DNA of 32,000 nt from Dehalococcoidia bacterium. Lineage in GTDB: Bacteria > Chloroflexota > Dehalococcoidia > Lucifugimonadales > UBA2962. The translations under genes were made by a program, and so were the position numbers. How positions within the stretch are numbered: position 1 is the first letter of the stretch; every line of letters starts with the position of its first letter. This document shows positions 8,392 through 16,068 of the stretch, in pieces. The notes under the pieces were generated by a model. It had not been told where the DNA came from. It worked only from the letters and a program-made list of their open reading frames with translations, and did not search any database. The DNA lies in contig OY760908.2 in NCBI GenBank assembly GCA_963664125.2, positions 1,691,851 through 1,723,850 of the forward strand, given 5' to 3'.

Positions 8392-9354
8392 ATGGAGTTC
8401 GGGTTCCCGCTCCCCACCCGCGGCCCCCTGGCCAACCCCCGCGACATCCGCCGCCTCGCCCGCCGCGGCGAGGAGCTCGGCTACGGGTTCGTCTCGCTCA
8501 GCGACCACATCGTCATCCCCCGGCGCATAGACTCCGACTACCCGTACGACCGCGACGGCACCTACCCCGGAGAGTTGTTCGGGTCCAGCGAGGCGGAGTA
8601 TCTCGAGCAGCTGACGGTCGCGGCCTTCGTCGCCGCCTGCACGAGCAAGATCGAGCTGCTCACCTCGGTGATGGTCGTCCCCTACCGCGCCCCGCTCCAC
8701 GCGGCCAAGGCGATCAGCACGATCGACGTGCTGTCCGGGGGACGCGTGATCCTCGGCGTCGGCGCCGGGTGGATGAGGGAGGAGTTCGAGGCGCTGGGCG
8801 CGCCGCCGTTCGAGCGGCGCGGGGCGGTCACCGAGGAGTACCTGCGCGCCTTCAGGGAGCTGTGGACGGCGGACAGCCCGCTGATGCGGGGCGAGTGGGT
8901 CGGCTTCTCCGACATCGTCTTCGAACCCAGGCCCGCGCGCCGGCCGCACCCCCCGATCTGGATGGGCGGAGAGAGCGAGGCGGCCCTGCGCAGAGCCGCG
9001 CGGCTCGCCGACGGGTGGTACCCCTTCGCGCACCCGAGGGCCCCGGCGATCGGATCGCTCGCGGCGATGCGCCGCTCGCTCCGGCGTCTAGGCGAGCTGA
9101 TGGAGGAGGCCGGGAGGGACCCGGCGGCGATGATCGTTGCGCTGGACGCCGAGATGCTCTTCGACCCGGACCGCGAGGTCCGGGAGGAGGACGGCTCGCG
9201 GCGCATATTCACGGGATGCCCCCAGAACATCGCAGGCGACATAGGCGCCTTCGCCGAGGAAGGCGTGTCGCACATCCAGGTGCTGTTCCGCGGGGACACC
9301 GTCGCGCAGGTGACGGGCGGGATGGAGCGCTTCGCCGAGGACCACGTGCGCTGA
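8392..9354 (+). CDS. LLM-class flavin/F420-dependent oxidoreductase (paralog 2)
   Basis: The ORF opens at 8278, but similarity to paralog 1 begins at MEFGFPLPTRG (ATG 8392), 16 nt after the AKR stop. It has the same LLTSVMVVPYR / GAGWMREEFEALG / RPHPPIWMGGES blocks. Confidence 0.85.
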   Translation: MEFGFPLPTRGPLANPRDIRRLARRGEELGYGFVSLSDHIVIPRRIDSDYPYDRDGTYPGELFGSSEAEYLEQLTVAAFVAACTSKIELLTSVMVVPYRAPLHAAKAISTIDVLSGGRVILGVGAGWMREEFEALGAPPFERRGAVTEEYLRAFRELWTADSPLMRGEWVGFSDIVFEPRPARRPHPPIWMGGESEAALRRAARLADGWYPFAHPRAPAIGSLAAMRRSLRRLGELMEEAGRDPAAMIVALDAEMLFDPDREVREEDGSRRIFTGCPQNIAGDIGAFAEEGVSHIQVLFRGDTVAQVTGGMERFAEDHVR

Positions 9355-9383
9355 GCCCGGCCGGGCCCATGTGGGGATGGGTG

Positions 9384-9389
9384 TAGAAT
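9384..9389 (+). promoter_or_regulatory. Possible -10 box TAGAAT, 25 nt upstream of the D-aminoacylase ATG
   Basis: An AT-rich hexamer in the 60-nt gap after LLM paralog 2. SD AAGGA lies at 9401-9405. Confidence 0.3.
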
Positions 9390-9414
9390 CGGGGCGCTGA
9401 AAGGACGGACGCCA

Positions 9415-11010
9415 ATGCTGGACCTGCTGATCGCCAACGGACTGATAGTGGACGGCACCGCGAGCCCGGGATTCTTCGGCTCGATCGGCGTCCGCGACAA
9501 CACCGTCACCGTGCTGCGGGGCGACGTCTCCGAGGTCGCCGCGCGAAGGACGATAGACGCCACCGGCCGGGTCGTCTGCCCGGGGTTCATCGACGTGCAC
9601 GCCCACTCGGCGCTGATGATCCTCGCGGACCCCGACCACCTGCCGAAGGTCCACCAGGGGGTCACGACCGAGCTGCTGGGGATCGACGGGAACTCCTACG
9701 CCCCGTTCGCCGATCCCGAGGACCTGCGGCGCATGATCCAGATCAACTCGGGCCTCGAGGGCAGCCCGGAGCTGCCGGGCCTGTGGTCGACGATCCCCGA
9801 GTACCTAGACATGTACGACCGCAAGGTCTCGGTCAACATCGCCTACATCGTAGGCAACTCGCCGCTTCGCGTCGGGGCGATGGGCTGGGACATGCGCGCG
9901 CCGAGCGCGGCCGAGATGGACCGGCAGAGGGGGCTGCTGCGCGAGAGCCTGGAGGACGGCGCCTTCGGGATGTCGACCGGCCTCGACTACCCGCCGGGCT
10001 GCTACGCCGATACCGACGAGCTGGTGGAGCTCTCGAGCGTCGTAGCCGACATGGGGGGCTTCTACCACACCCACGTGCGCTTCCCCCTGGGGGACCGGTA
10101 CCTGGACCCGAACCGCGAGGCGCTGGATATCGGGCGCCGCAGCGGATGCCCGGTGCACATCACCCACCTGCTGCCCGCGGGCCAGGGCGACTTCAAGGGC
10201 GCGCGCCCGATCCTCGAGCTCGTCGAGAACGCCAGGTACGTAGAGGGCATGGACGTCACGTTCGACTGCTTCCCCTACTCGCACGGGGGCACCCGGCTGA
10301 TCTACTTCCTGCCCGAGTGGGCCGCGGACGGCGGACCGGAGAAGATCATGGAGGCGCTCGGCGACCCCGAGACGCGCAAGCTCATGAGGCGGGAGATGCA
10401 CCCGAAGTTCGCGAGGCACGGCGGCGGCTGGGACTCGGTGATGATCACCTACTTCAAGAAGCCCCACAACCAGCGCTTCGAGGGCAAGACGCTCCCGCAG
10501 GCGGCCGAGATGATGGGCACCGACCCGATAGAGGCGCTGTTCGACCTGTGCCTCGACGAGGACCTGCAGGTCTCGTTCCACTCAGAGGCGATAGACGCGG
10601 GGACGCTGCCGCTGTTCGTGGATCACCCGATGCAGATGGTCGGCTCCGACGCGCTGCTGCTCGGCGACTTCCCCCCGGCCATGGCCTACGGGACTTTCCC
10701 GGTGATCATAGCCAGGGACGTGCGCGAGGAGGGCCGCATGTCGCTGCCCGAGGCGATCCGCAAGATGACCTCGTACCCGGCCCAGAGGCTGAACATCCCC
10801 GACCGCGGCGTGCTGCGCGACGGGTTCAGGGCGGACGTCGTCGTCTTCGACTACGAGGGTATTTCGGCCCCGGCCACGCGCTACGACCCCAAGCAGTACT
10901 CCCTCGGCGTCGACTACGTGATCGTCAACGGGGAGGTGGTCGTGGACCACGGCGCCCACACCGGGGCGCATCCGGGAAGGGCGCTGCGGCGCGGCGTACC
11001 CGGTCCGTAG
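9415..11010 (+). CDS. N-acyl-D-amino-acid deacylase (D-aminoacylase) family amidohydrolase
   Basis: N-terminus LLIANGLIVDG...ATGRVVCPGFIDVHAHS (HxH metal site). C-terminal VIVNGEVVVDHGAHTG. 531 aa, typical for the family. Confidence 0.85.
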   Translation: MLDLLIANGLIVDGTASPGFFGSIGVRDNTVTVLRGDVSEVAARRTIDATGRVVCPGFIDVHAHSALMILADPDHLPKVHQGVTTELLGIDGNSYAPFADPEDLRRMIQINSGLEGSPELPGLWSTIPEYLDMYDRKVSVNIAYIVGNSPLRVGAMGWDMRAPSAAEMDRQRGLLRESLEDGAFGMSTGLDYPPGCYADTDELVELSSVVADMGGFYHTHVRFPLGDRYLDPNREALDIGRRSGCPVHITHLLPAGQGDFKGARPILELVENARYVEGMDVTFDCFPYSHGGTRLIYFLPEWAADGGPEKIMEALGDPETRKLMRREMHPKFARHGGGWDSVMITYFKKPHNQRFEGKTLPQAAEMMGTDPIEALFDLCLDEDLQVSFHSEAIDAGTLPLFVDHPMQMVGSDALLLGDFPPAMAYGTFPVIIARDVREEGRMSLPEAIRKMTSYPAQRLNIPDRGVLRDGFRADVVVFDYEGISAPATRYDPKQYSLGVDYVIVNGEVVVDHGAHTGAHPGRALRRGVPGP

Positions 11011-11020
11011 GCCGGCACCC

Positions 11021-11040
11021 GGGGGCGGGGGATCCGCCCC
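11021..11040 (+). terminator. GC-rich hairpin 11 nt after the D-aminoacylase stop (stem GGGGCGG/CCGCCCC, 5-nt loop); no U-tract
   Basis: 11022-11028 pairs with 11034-11040. Its position is right for an operon-end terminator. Confidence 0.3.
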
Positions 11041-11398
11041 TCCGCAGCACCTTGGCTGCGGCCGGCCGCGCGAGTTGATGCGGCGGAGTTCCCCGTCGCG
11101 GGCGCCGGGCCGGCCACCCCACCGCGTTGCCGGACTTCGCCGAACTGAGTGCGAGTAGAGCGCCGCATCCGGACTACTAGGCGTCCACCACACATTCTGC
11201 CGGTGCACTAGCGGCTCGCGCCGCCTGAGTCGCGGGTTCCCGCCTGAGAGCCGCGGACCGAAGGCCATGCGTCCCCGCTCCCGCAAGGTGACGGCGAGTC
11301 CGTGCGGCTGTTAACAGTCCTCCGCCGCCTGCGGCGCAAACTTAGGACGCCGCTTCGGAGACGGGCGCGGCTACCTGTGTCTCCGGTCCCCTGCACCC

Positions 11399-12667
11399 TT
11401 AGAGAAGCACCTCGGCGATGCGATCGAGTTTCTCCCGAACTTCCGGGTGGACCTCGTCTGCATTCATGACGGCGGCCAGCATGTGCAAGTCCCGCTTGGG
11501 AGTGTCCAGTCCCAAGTCATTCAAGAGAGGCAGCAAGAACTCGTCGCTCGCCTTGACACGCACGAAAGATACGTCATCGCCGAACAGGTCTGCTCCCGGA
11601 GGGACCCGCCTCCAAAACGCGTCGTCTACTTCCGATTCCAGTAGCGGAAACTTGACGAATCGCTTGATTGCCTCCGGATGCAGGAGATAGTTCTCAATTT
11701 CGTACCTATGCCAGCGCAGCACCGTCACACCCGCACGGTTCATGTCCTCATCGGGCTCGTCTCGATTGTCTCCGTCCAGCAGGCAGACAGCCACCAGGCT
11801 CGGAAACGCCGCCCGCATGGCGAAGAAGTGGCTCCTTGCCTCGCGCAGACTCCGTCCGCCTAGCCAGTGAATGAATGGTCGCTTGAAGAACCGCATCGAC
11901 GGGTGATCGAGAGCCTGCGCCCACTCGCTCAGGATCCTCTCGTCCGTCTCGCCTTCCACATATAGCACCGCTCCGACCTCGCCGCCCAGTAGGAGGTCGG
12001 TGGTGGTCACGCGCTTTAGCGCCTCCCGGAGCTGGTCGCGCTCAACGTCGCTAGCGAGAACTCGAGGCGTCTCGCCAAAGAATCCGACGACCCGCGTCGG
12101 CTCCGTGGCGTCGAGAACGACCTCGGAGTGCGTTGCAACTATCACCTGGCCCCCCTTCTGTCGGGCCACCTTGCGAATCAGATCGTAGACCTGCCTCTGG
12201 AGAATGACGTGCTGATGGGCATCCGGCTCGTCCAGCAGGATCACCGCCGCCGGGCGGGCGTATAGGAAGGCGAGCAGGAGAAGCACCTGGAGCATGCCGC
12301 TCCCGGCGTTCGACAGGTCCAGCTTCCGCGTCTGTCCCGGCCCCGTGTACTCGCAGATGATGAACGGCTGCGCCGGGTTGTATGACGGTTTGAGCAGCCG
12401 GATCTGGAACAGGTACTCCATGTGATCGGCCAGATCATTCCAGCCGTCCTCGTCCCTCTCCGATAGTTCCCACAGCAGATTCCTTACTATCTCTCCCGGC
12501 CGGCCCTGTCCAACGAGCAGGTCCTGCATTCCCCGATCATGGCGCGGCTCGTCGCGGTCGATACCGGAGAGGGGAGGAACGTGCACTATGTCGAGGCCCT
12601 GCGCGGCCGAAGGCGGAAACTCTTGTATTCCTTGGGAGAAGTACCTCGGAAAATGATTGAACGTCAT
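11399..12667 (-). CDS. C-terminal 422-aa portion of a frameshift-split OLD/PARIS-like protein: ABC-ATPase signature, Walker B and H-loop plus a TOPRIM/DUF4435-like module (possible pseudogene)
   Basis: LSNAGSGMLQV (signature-like), AVILLDEPDAHQH (Walker B and D-loop), VIVATHSE (H-loop), then YVEGETDE, LLDGDNRDE and RYEIENYLL (TOPRIM-type acidic motifs). In this frame a TAG (12668-12670) immediately precedes ATG 12667. Confidence 0.8.
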   Translation of the reverse strand: MTFNHFPRYFSQGIQEFPPSAAQGLDIVHVPPLSGIDRDEPRHDRGMQDLLVGQGRPGEIVRNLLWELSERDEDGWNDLADHMEYLFQIRLLKPSYNPAQPFIICEYTGPGQTRKLDLSNAGSGMLQVLLLLAFLYARPAAVILLDEPDAHQHVILQRQVYDLIRKVARQKGGQVIVATHSEVVLDATEPTRVVGFFGETPRVLASDVERDQLREALKRVTTTDLLLGGEVGAVLYVEGETDERILSEWAQALDHPSMRFFKRPFIHWLGGRSLREARSHFFAMRAAFPSLVAVCLLDGDNRDEPDEDMNRAGVTVLRWHRYEIENYLLHPEAIKRFVKFPLLESEVDDAFWRRVPPGADLFGDDVSFVRVKASDEFLLPLLNDLGLDTPKRDLHMLAAVMNADEVHPEVREKLDRIAEVLL

Positions 12668-13079
12668 CTAGATGGAGATTCTTCACGCCCTGCGGACGAA
12701 CATATACCAGCTCGGGGTTGGCGTACTGGAACTCGAGCCCGCAGGTCCAGTCGCCACCATCGTCCCTTCCCTCGGCGACGATCTCAATAAGGCGGGGCTT
12801 CCGATCGGAAACCCGTCGGTCCTGCCACAGGAGATTCATCTCGCGAAGCGGCACCGCGGTGAAATTGACCCGTGGTATGGACACGCCAGCCCGCCTAACC
12901 GCCGTGCCTCCCCGCCGCTGGGCAACCCATAGGTCAAGGCCCAACTTCCAGGTCGCAATTGCCTGCAAAAGCGTGGACTTGCCGGAGTTGTTGGGCCCGG
13001 CCAGCACCATGGAGTCCGCGAGGTTGAATTCCTGATCAGCGAAACGCTTGAAATGGCGGACTGTCAGTCGGTGGATCAT
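12537..13079 (-). CDS. N-terminal portion (Walker A) of the same frameshift-split OLD/PARIS-like ATPase; residues after roughly 12668-12610 are out-of-frame read-through
   Basis: MIHRLTVRHFKRFADQEFNLADSMVLAGPNNSGKSTLLQAI (AAA_15/AAA_21-like N-terminus). SD AAGGTGA lies upstream of ATG 13079. This ORF overlaps the downstream ORF by 131 nt in a different frame. Confidence 0.75.
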   Translation of the reverse strand: MIHRLTVRHFKRFADQEFNLADSMVLAGPNNSGKSTLLQAIATWKLGLDLWVAQRRGGTAVRRAGVSIPRVNFTAVPLREMNLLWQDRRVSDRKPRLIEIVAEGRDDGGDWTCGLEFQYANPELVYVRPQGVKNLHLDDVQSFSEVLLPRNTRVSAFGRAGPRHSARSSPLRYRPRRAAP

Positions 13080-13409
13080 CCCATCACCTTGGTACTGTCG
13101 CTAGCATAGCATCCGGCGGACGCGCCTCCTTGAAGACTCCAGAGTCTAGCGCGGCAGAGGGTATTGGCGAGGAGCGGAATGCACAGCACCTTCGGCAAGC
13201 CGTTCGATAGCAGCCCGAACAGCGGCCAGCCGACCGATGCCGCCTAGGTGTCGCCGGAGAAACAGGCGGATGCTGGCCCGTAGAGCGCACGCCCGTCCGG
13301 TCCAACCGGCCTGACGAGGCGCCGCACCCGGCCGGTCCTGCCAGATGCTTCGACCGGCGATCTGGTGGCCGATCGGCCTCGAGGGCCGGGGCATCAGACA
13401 CGGGCGGAA

Positions 13410-13436
13410 GCGCAGCGGGTCCGCGGACGCCTGCGC
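13410..13436 (-). terminator. Imperfect GC hairpin downstream of the LLM paralog 3 stop (end of the nfo-VIT-LLM operon)
   Basis: GCGCAG (13410-13415) pairs with CTGCGC (13431-13436). There is an inner GTCCG/CGGAC palindrome and no U-tract. Confidence 0.25.
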
Positions 13437-13459
13437 CGCATTCCATACATCCGGCGTCG

Positions 13460-14458
13460 CTAGCTCGCCTCAGAGCCGAGGGTTCGGCACGCACGCCCAA
13501 GGTCGCCGAGGCGCGGAAGTATGAGCGGGCTGGTGACCCCCGCCCTTCGGTACTCGTCGATCCGGCCTGCGCATCGCTCAGCGTCCCCGATCACGTACAG
13601 CCGCTCGACCAGCTCGTCCGGGACCTCGGCCGCCGCGCGGTCCGACTCGCCGGCGGGATCGACCGCCCTTACGCGCTCCGCCACCCCGTCGTCCAGGCCG
13701 GCCCGCCCGAGCAGCAGCGGCCCCATGCCGGGTTCGGCGAGCAGCCTGGCGACCCGGCGCCTGAGGGAGGGCATCAGCGGTGCCGGGTCGTCGGTCAGCC
13801 TCAGCACCAGCATGCATGCGATCTCGACCTCGTCGGCATCGCGGCCCGCGCGCTCTGCGGCATCGCGCACGCGGCGCGCGGCCCACTTAACGTAGCCGAC
13901 CGGGCTGTAGGCGTTGAGGATCACGCCGTCGCCGACGGAGCCCGCCAGGTCGAGCGCTTTTGGCCCGATGGCGGCCAGGTAGATACGCGGGGGCATCCCC
14001 AGCGGGGGCCCGGCTAGCCTGATCGGCTCGGAGCCGCCCTCCACCCTCACCTCCTGCCCGGCCAGCAGCGACCTGACCGTTCGCACGGTGCGCTCGAGGC
14101 GCTCCATCGACCCCCCGTGCGGGATGCCCAGGCGGTCCTCGATTATCCGCCGCTCGCTGCGGCCCAGGCCGAGGATCATGCGCCCCCCGCTGAGGCGGTC
14201 GACCGTGGCGGCCGCCATCGCTAGCAGCGCGGGGTCGCGCGTGAAGGGATTGACCACGCCGACCCCGAGGTCCAGCCGCGACGTCGACGCGGCCATGTGC
14301 CCCAGCATCGAGAAGGTCTCCTCGTGGAAGTAGCGCTCGGTGACCCACAGGGAGTCGAAGCCGGCATCCTCCGCCGCCCGGGCGTAGCCCGCAAGCTGCG
14401 CTCCGGACTCGATGCCGTGGTAGACGACCAGGCCGAGCGGCCCTGGCGTGGCGGTCAA
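13460..14458 (-). CDS. LLM-class flavin/F420-dependent oxidoreductase (paralog 3, a different subfamily from paralogs 1 and 2)
   Basis: TTG start 14458 overlaps the VIT stop (GTTGA). N-terminus LGLVVYHGIESGAQLAGYARAAEDAGFDSLWVTERYF and DRLSGGRMILGLG are typical luciferase-like monooxygenase blocks. Confidence 0.8.
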   Translation of the reverse strand: MTATPGPLGLVVYHGIESGAQLAGYARAAEDAGFDSLWVTERYFHEETFSMLGHMAASTSRLDLGVGVVNPFTRDPALLAMAAATVDRLSGGRMILGLGRSERRIIEDRLGIPHGGSMERLERTVRTVRSLLAGQEVRVEGGSEPIRLAGPPLGMPPRIYLAAIGPKALDLAGSVGDGVILNAYSPVGYVKWAARRVRDAAERAGRDADEVEIACMLVLRLTDDPAPLMPSLRRRVARLLAEPGMGPLLLGRAGLDDGVAERVRAVDPAGESDRAAAEVPDELVERLYVIGDAERCAGRIDEYRRAGVTSPLILPRLGDLGRACRTLGSEAS

Positions 14459-15117
14459 CCCTGCACCCCCACGCCGATCAGCGTGCCGATCCCGTAGGTC
14501 GCGGCGGCCGCCGCGCCGCCGATCGCCAGCATCCTGAGCCCGCCCCAGGCAACGCCCTTCCCCGAGGCGAGGGCGACCGCCGCGCCCACAAGGACCAGGC
14601 CCATCCCGCTGACGACCGCGCTGAGGATGAACGCCAGGCCCCCCGCCCCAGCAAGGTACGGGAGCAGCGGTACCACGGCTCCCACCGAGAACGACGCGAA
14701 CGAGCTGGCGGCCGCCCCCCAGGGCGAGCCCAGGTCGTCGGGGTTCAGCCCCAAGCGCTCGCGCACGATGGTGTCGAGCGCCAGCGGGGCGTCGGCCGCC
14801 AGCCGCTCGGCGACCCTCCTGGCCTCGGCGGCGGGCAGGCCCTTGGCCTCGTAGATCTCGGCGATCTCGTCGGCGCCCCCGTCGCCGCGCTCGGCGAGCC
14901 TGCGGTCGGTCAGCGCGATCTGGTGCTCGTAGATCTCGCGCTGAGAGCGCATGGAGATGTACTCGCCCGCCGCCATCGAGAACGCGCCGGCCAGCAGGCC
15001 GGCCACGCCCGCGATCACAACGAAGTCGGCGCTGTCCACGCCTCCGGCCACGCCCATGACCAGGCTGAGGTTGGAGACCAGCCCGTCGTTTGCGCCGAGC
15101 ACCGCGGCGCGCACCAC
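14455..15117 (-). CDS. VIT1/CCC1 family iron/manganese transporter
   Basis: The ORF is open to 15489, but that part overlaps nfo. GTG 15117 (36 nt after the nfo stop) gives VRAAVLGANDGLVSNLSLVMG, the conserved VIT N-terminal block. A central helical EIYEAKGL region is followed by C-terminal TM helices. Confidence 0.8.
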   Translation of the reverse strand: MVRAAVLGANDGLVSNLSLVMGVAGGVDSADFVVIAGVAGLLAGAFSMAAGEYISMRSQREIYEHQIALTDRRLAERGDGGADEIAEIYEAKGLPAAEARRVAERLAADAPLALDTIVRERLGLNPDDLGSPWGAAASSFASFSVGAVVPLLPYLAGAGGLAFILSAVVSGMGLVLVGAAVALASGKGVAWGGLRMLAIGGAAAAATYGIGTLIGVGVQG

Positions 15118-15152
15118 CCCGCCGCCGGGCGGGGCGGTCCCGGCGGCCTCGG

Positions 15153-16001
15153 TCAGGGCGACACCCTGGCCCTGACGGCCTTGAGGATGTCGACGTTGAT
15201 CCTGTCGGGCCCGCGGCCCTCGATCCCCGGCACCTCCAGCAGGAACGGGATGTCGGAGAAGGCCGGGTGGGACATGATCACCTCGAACCCCGGCTCGCCT
15301 ATCGCGCCGAGGCCGATGTTCTCGTGGCGGTCGACGCCGGAGCCGAGCGCGGACTTCGAGTCGTTGGCGTGCACGGCGACCAGGCGGTCCAGGCCGATCG
15401 ACTCGTCGAACTCGTCGAGCGCCTCCCGCAGGCCGTCCGGGTCCGCCATGCGGTATCCGGCCGCGAAGGCGTGCTGCGTGTCGAGGCACACCTTCAGGCG
15501 GTCGCTGCCGACGGCGCCGATCATCCTGCCGATCTCCCCGAACGTCGCTCCCAGGTGGTTGCCCGCCCCGGCGCTGTTCTCGATGATCAGCCAGGTGCCC
15601 TCATCCGTGCCCTCCAGCACCCGGGTGAGCGCGTCCGCGGCCCGGGACAGCACGGCCTGGAAGCCCCTGCCCTTGTGGCTGCCCGCGTGGAATATGACCC
15701 CCAGGGCTCCCAGCCGGGTGGCCGCGCCCATGTGGGCGGTCAGCGACGTGACGGAGCGGTCGACGAGGGCATCGTCCCCGCCGATGTTGACCAGGTAGCT
15801 GCCGTGCAGGAACGCCGGGCCTATCCCGGTGCCCTCGGACGCATCGCGGAACGCCTCCACGGCCTCGGGCTTCTGCGGCCTGAAGGCCCAGGCGCGGGGC
15901 GAGGAGGCGAAGATCTGTACGCATTCCGCGCCTATCTCCTGCGCGTTGTCGATGGCCCTGTGGGCCCCTCCCGCTGTGGAGACGTGCGCGCCGATCCTCA
16001 T
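15153..16001 (-). CDS. nfo: Deoxyribonuclease IV (endonuclease IV)
   Basis: MRIGAHVSTAGG... start at ATG 16001; the ORF is open to 16106. Motifs FHAGSH and VHANDSKSALGSGVDRHENIG are present. 282 aa. Confidence 0.9.
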   Translation of the reverse strand: MRIGAHVSTAGGAHRAIDNAQEIGAECVQIFASSPRAWAFRPQKPEAVEAFRDASEGTGIGPAFLHGSYLVNIGGDDALVDRSVTSLTAHMGAATRLGALGVIFHAGSHKGRGFQAVLSRAADALTRVLEGTDEGTWLIIENSAGAGNHLGATFGEIGRMIGAVGSDRLKVCLDTQHAFAAGYRMADPDGLREALDEFDESIGLDRLVAVHANDSKSALGSGVDRHENIGLGAIGEPGFEVIMSHPAFSDIPFLLEVPGIEGRGPDRINVDILKAVRARVSP

Positions 16002-16010
16002 TGCCACGGC

Positions 16011-16038
16011 TTGATTATACGGACCCGGCCGGTACCCT
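16011..16038. promoter_or_regulatory. Divergent promoter region: TATAAT (minus strand, 16014-16019) 12 nt upstream of the nfo ATG; TTGATT (16011-16016) / TACCCT (16033-38) as a possible plus-strand -35/-10 pair for the 16069 gene
   Basis: A perfect TATAAT hexamer in roughly 70% GC DNA within a 67-nt divergent intergenic region. The plus-strand pair has a 16-nt spacer. Confidence 0.45.
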
Positions 16039-16068
16039 AAGGCCCACTCGACGCCGGGGGGGGTCAGG

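Noticed and set aside
7969-9665. Long minus-strand ORFs (7969-9033, 8682-9665, 9088-9654) antisense to the AKR, LLM2 and D-aminoacylase genes
   Set aside because: Low-complexity Arg/Pro/Ser-rich translations with no RBS or family signal. The plus strand carries well-supported genes.
11221-11260. 9-bp direct repeat ccgcctgag (11221-11229 and 11240-11248) and a tRNA-T-arm-like gcgggttcccgc in the left flank of the ATPase islet; also a vaguely similar gccgcctagg in the right flank (about 13240)
   Set aside because: No cloverleaf can be drawn, because there is no GTTCGAATC-type loop and no acceptor pairing. The left and right flank similarity is too short and gapped to call att sites by eye. A computed alignment is needed.
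11356-11385. Hairpin CGGAGAC...GTCTCCG just downstream of the ATPase-TOPRIM stop, as a terminator
   Set aside because: The stem is only 7 bp with a 16-nt loop and no U-tract. This is too weak to report as a feature.
12610-12670. Programmed ribosomal frameshifting as an explanation for the split ATPase gene
   Set aside because: No slippery heptamer with a downstream structure is evident. A simple indel (mutation or error) is the more economical explanation.
13084-13500. 138-aa minus-strand ORF (and 13146-13394 -) in the right flank of the ATPase islet, a possible partner gene
   Set aside because: The translation is Arg/Ala/Pro/Gly-rich junk with no RBS. It overlaps the 3' end of LLM paralog 3. 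I cannot support it as coding.
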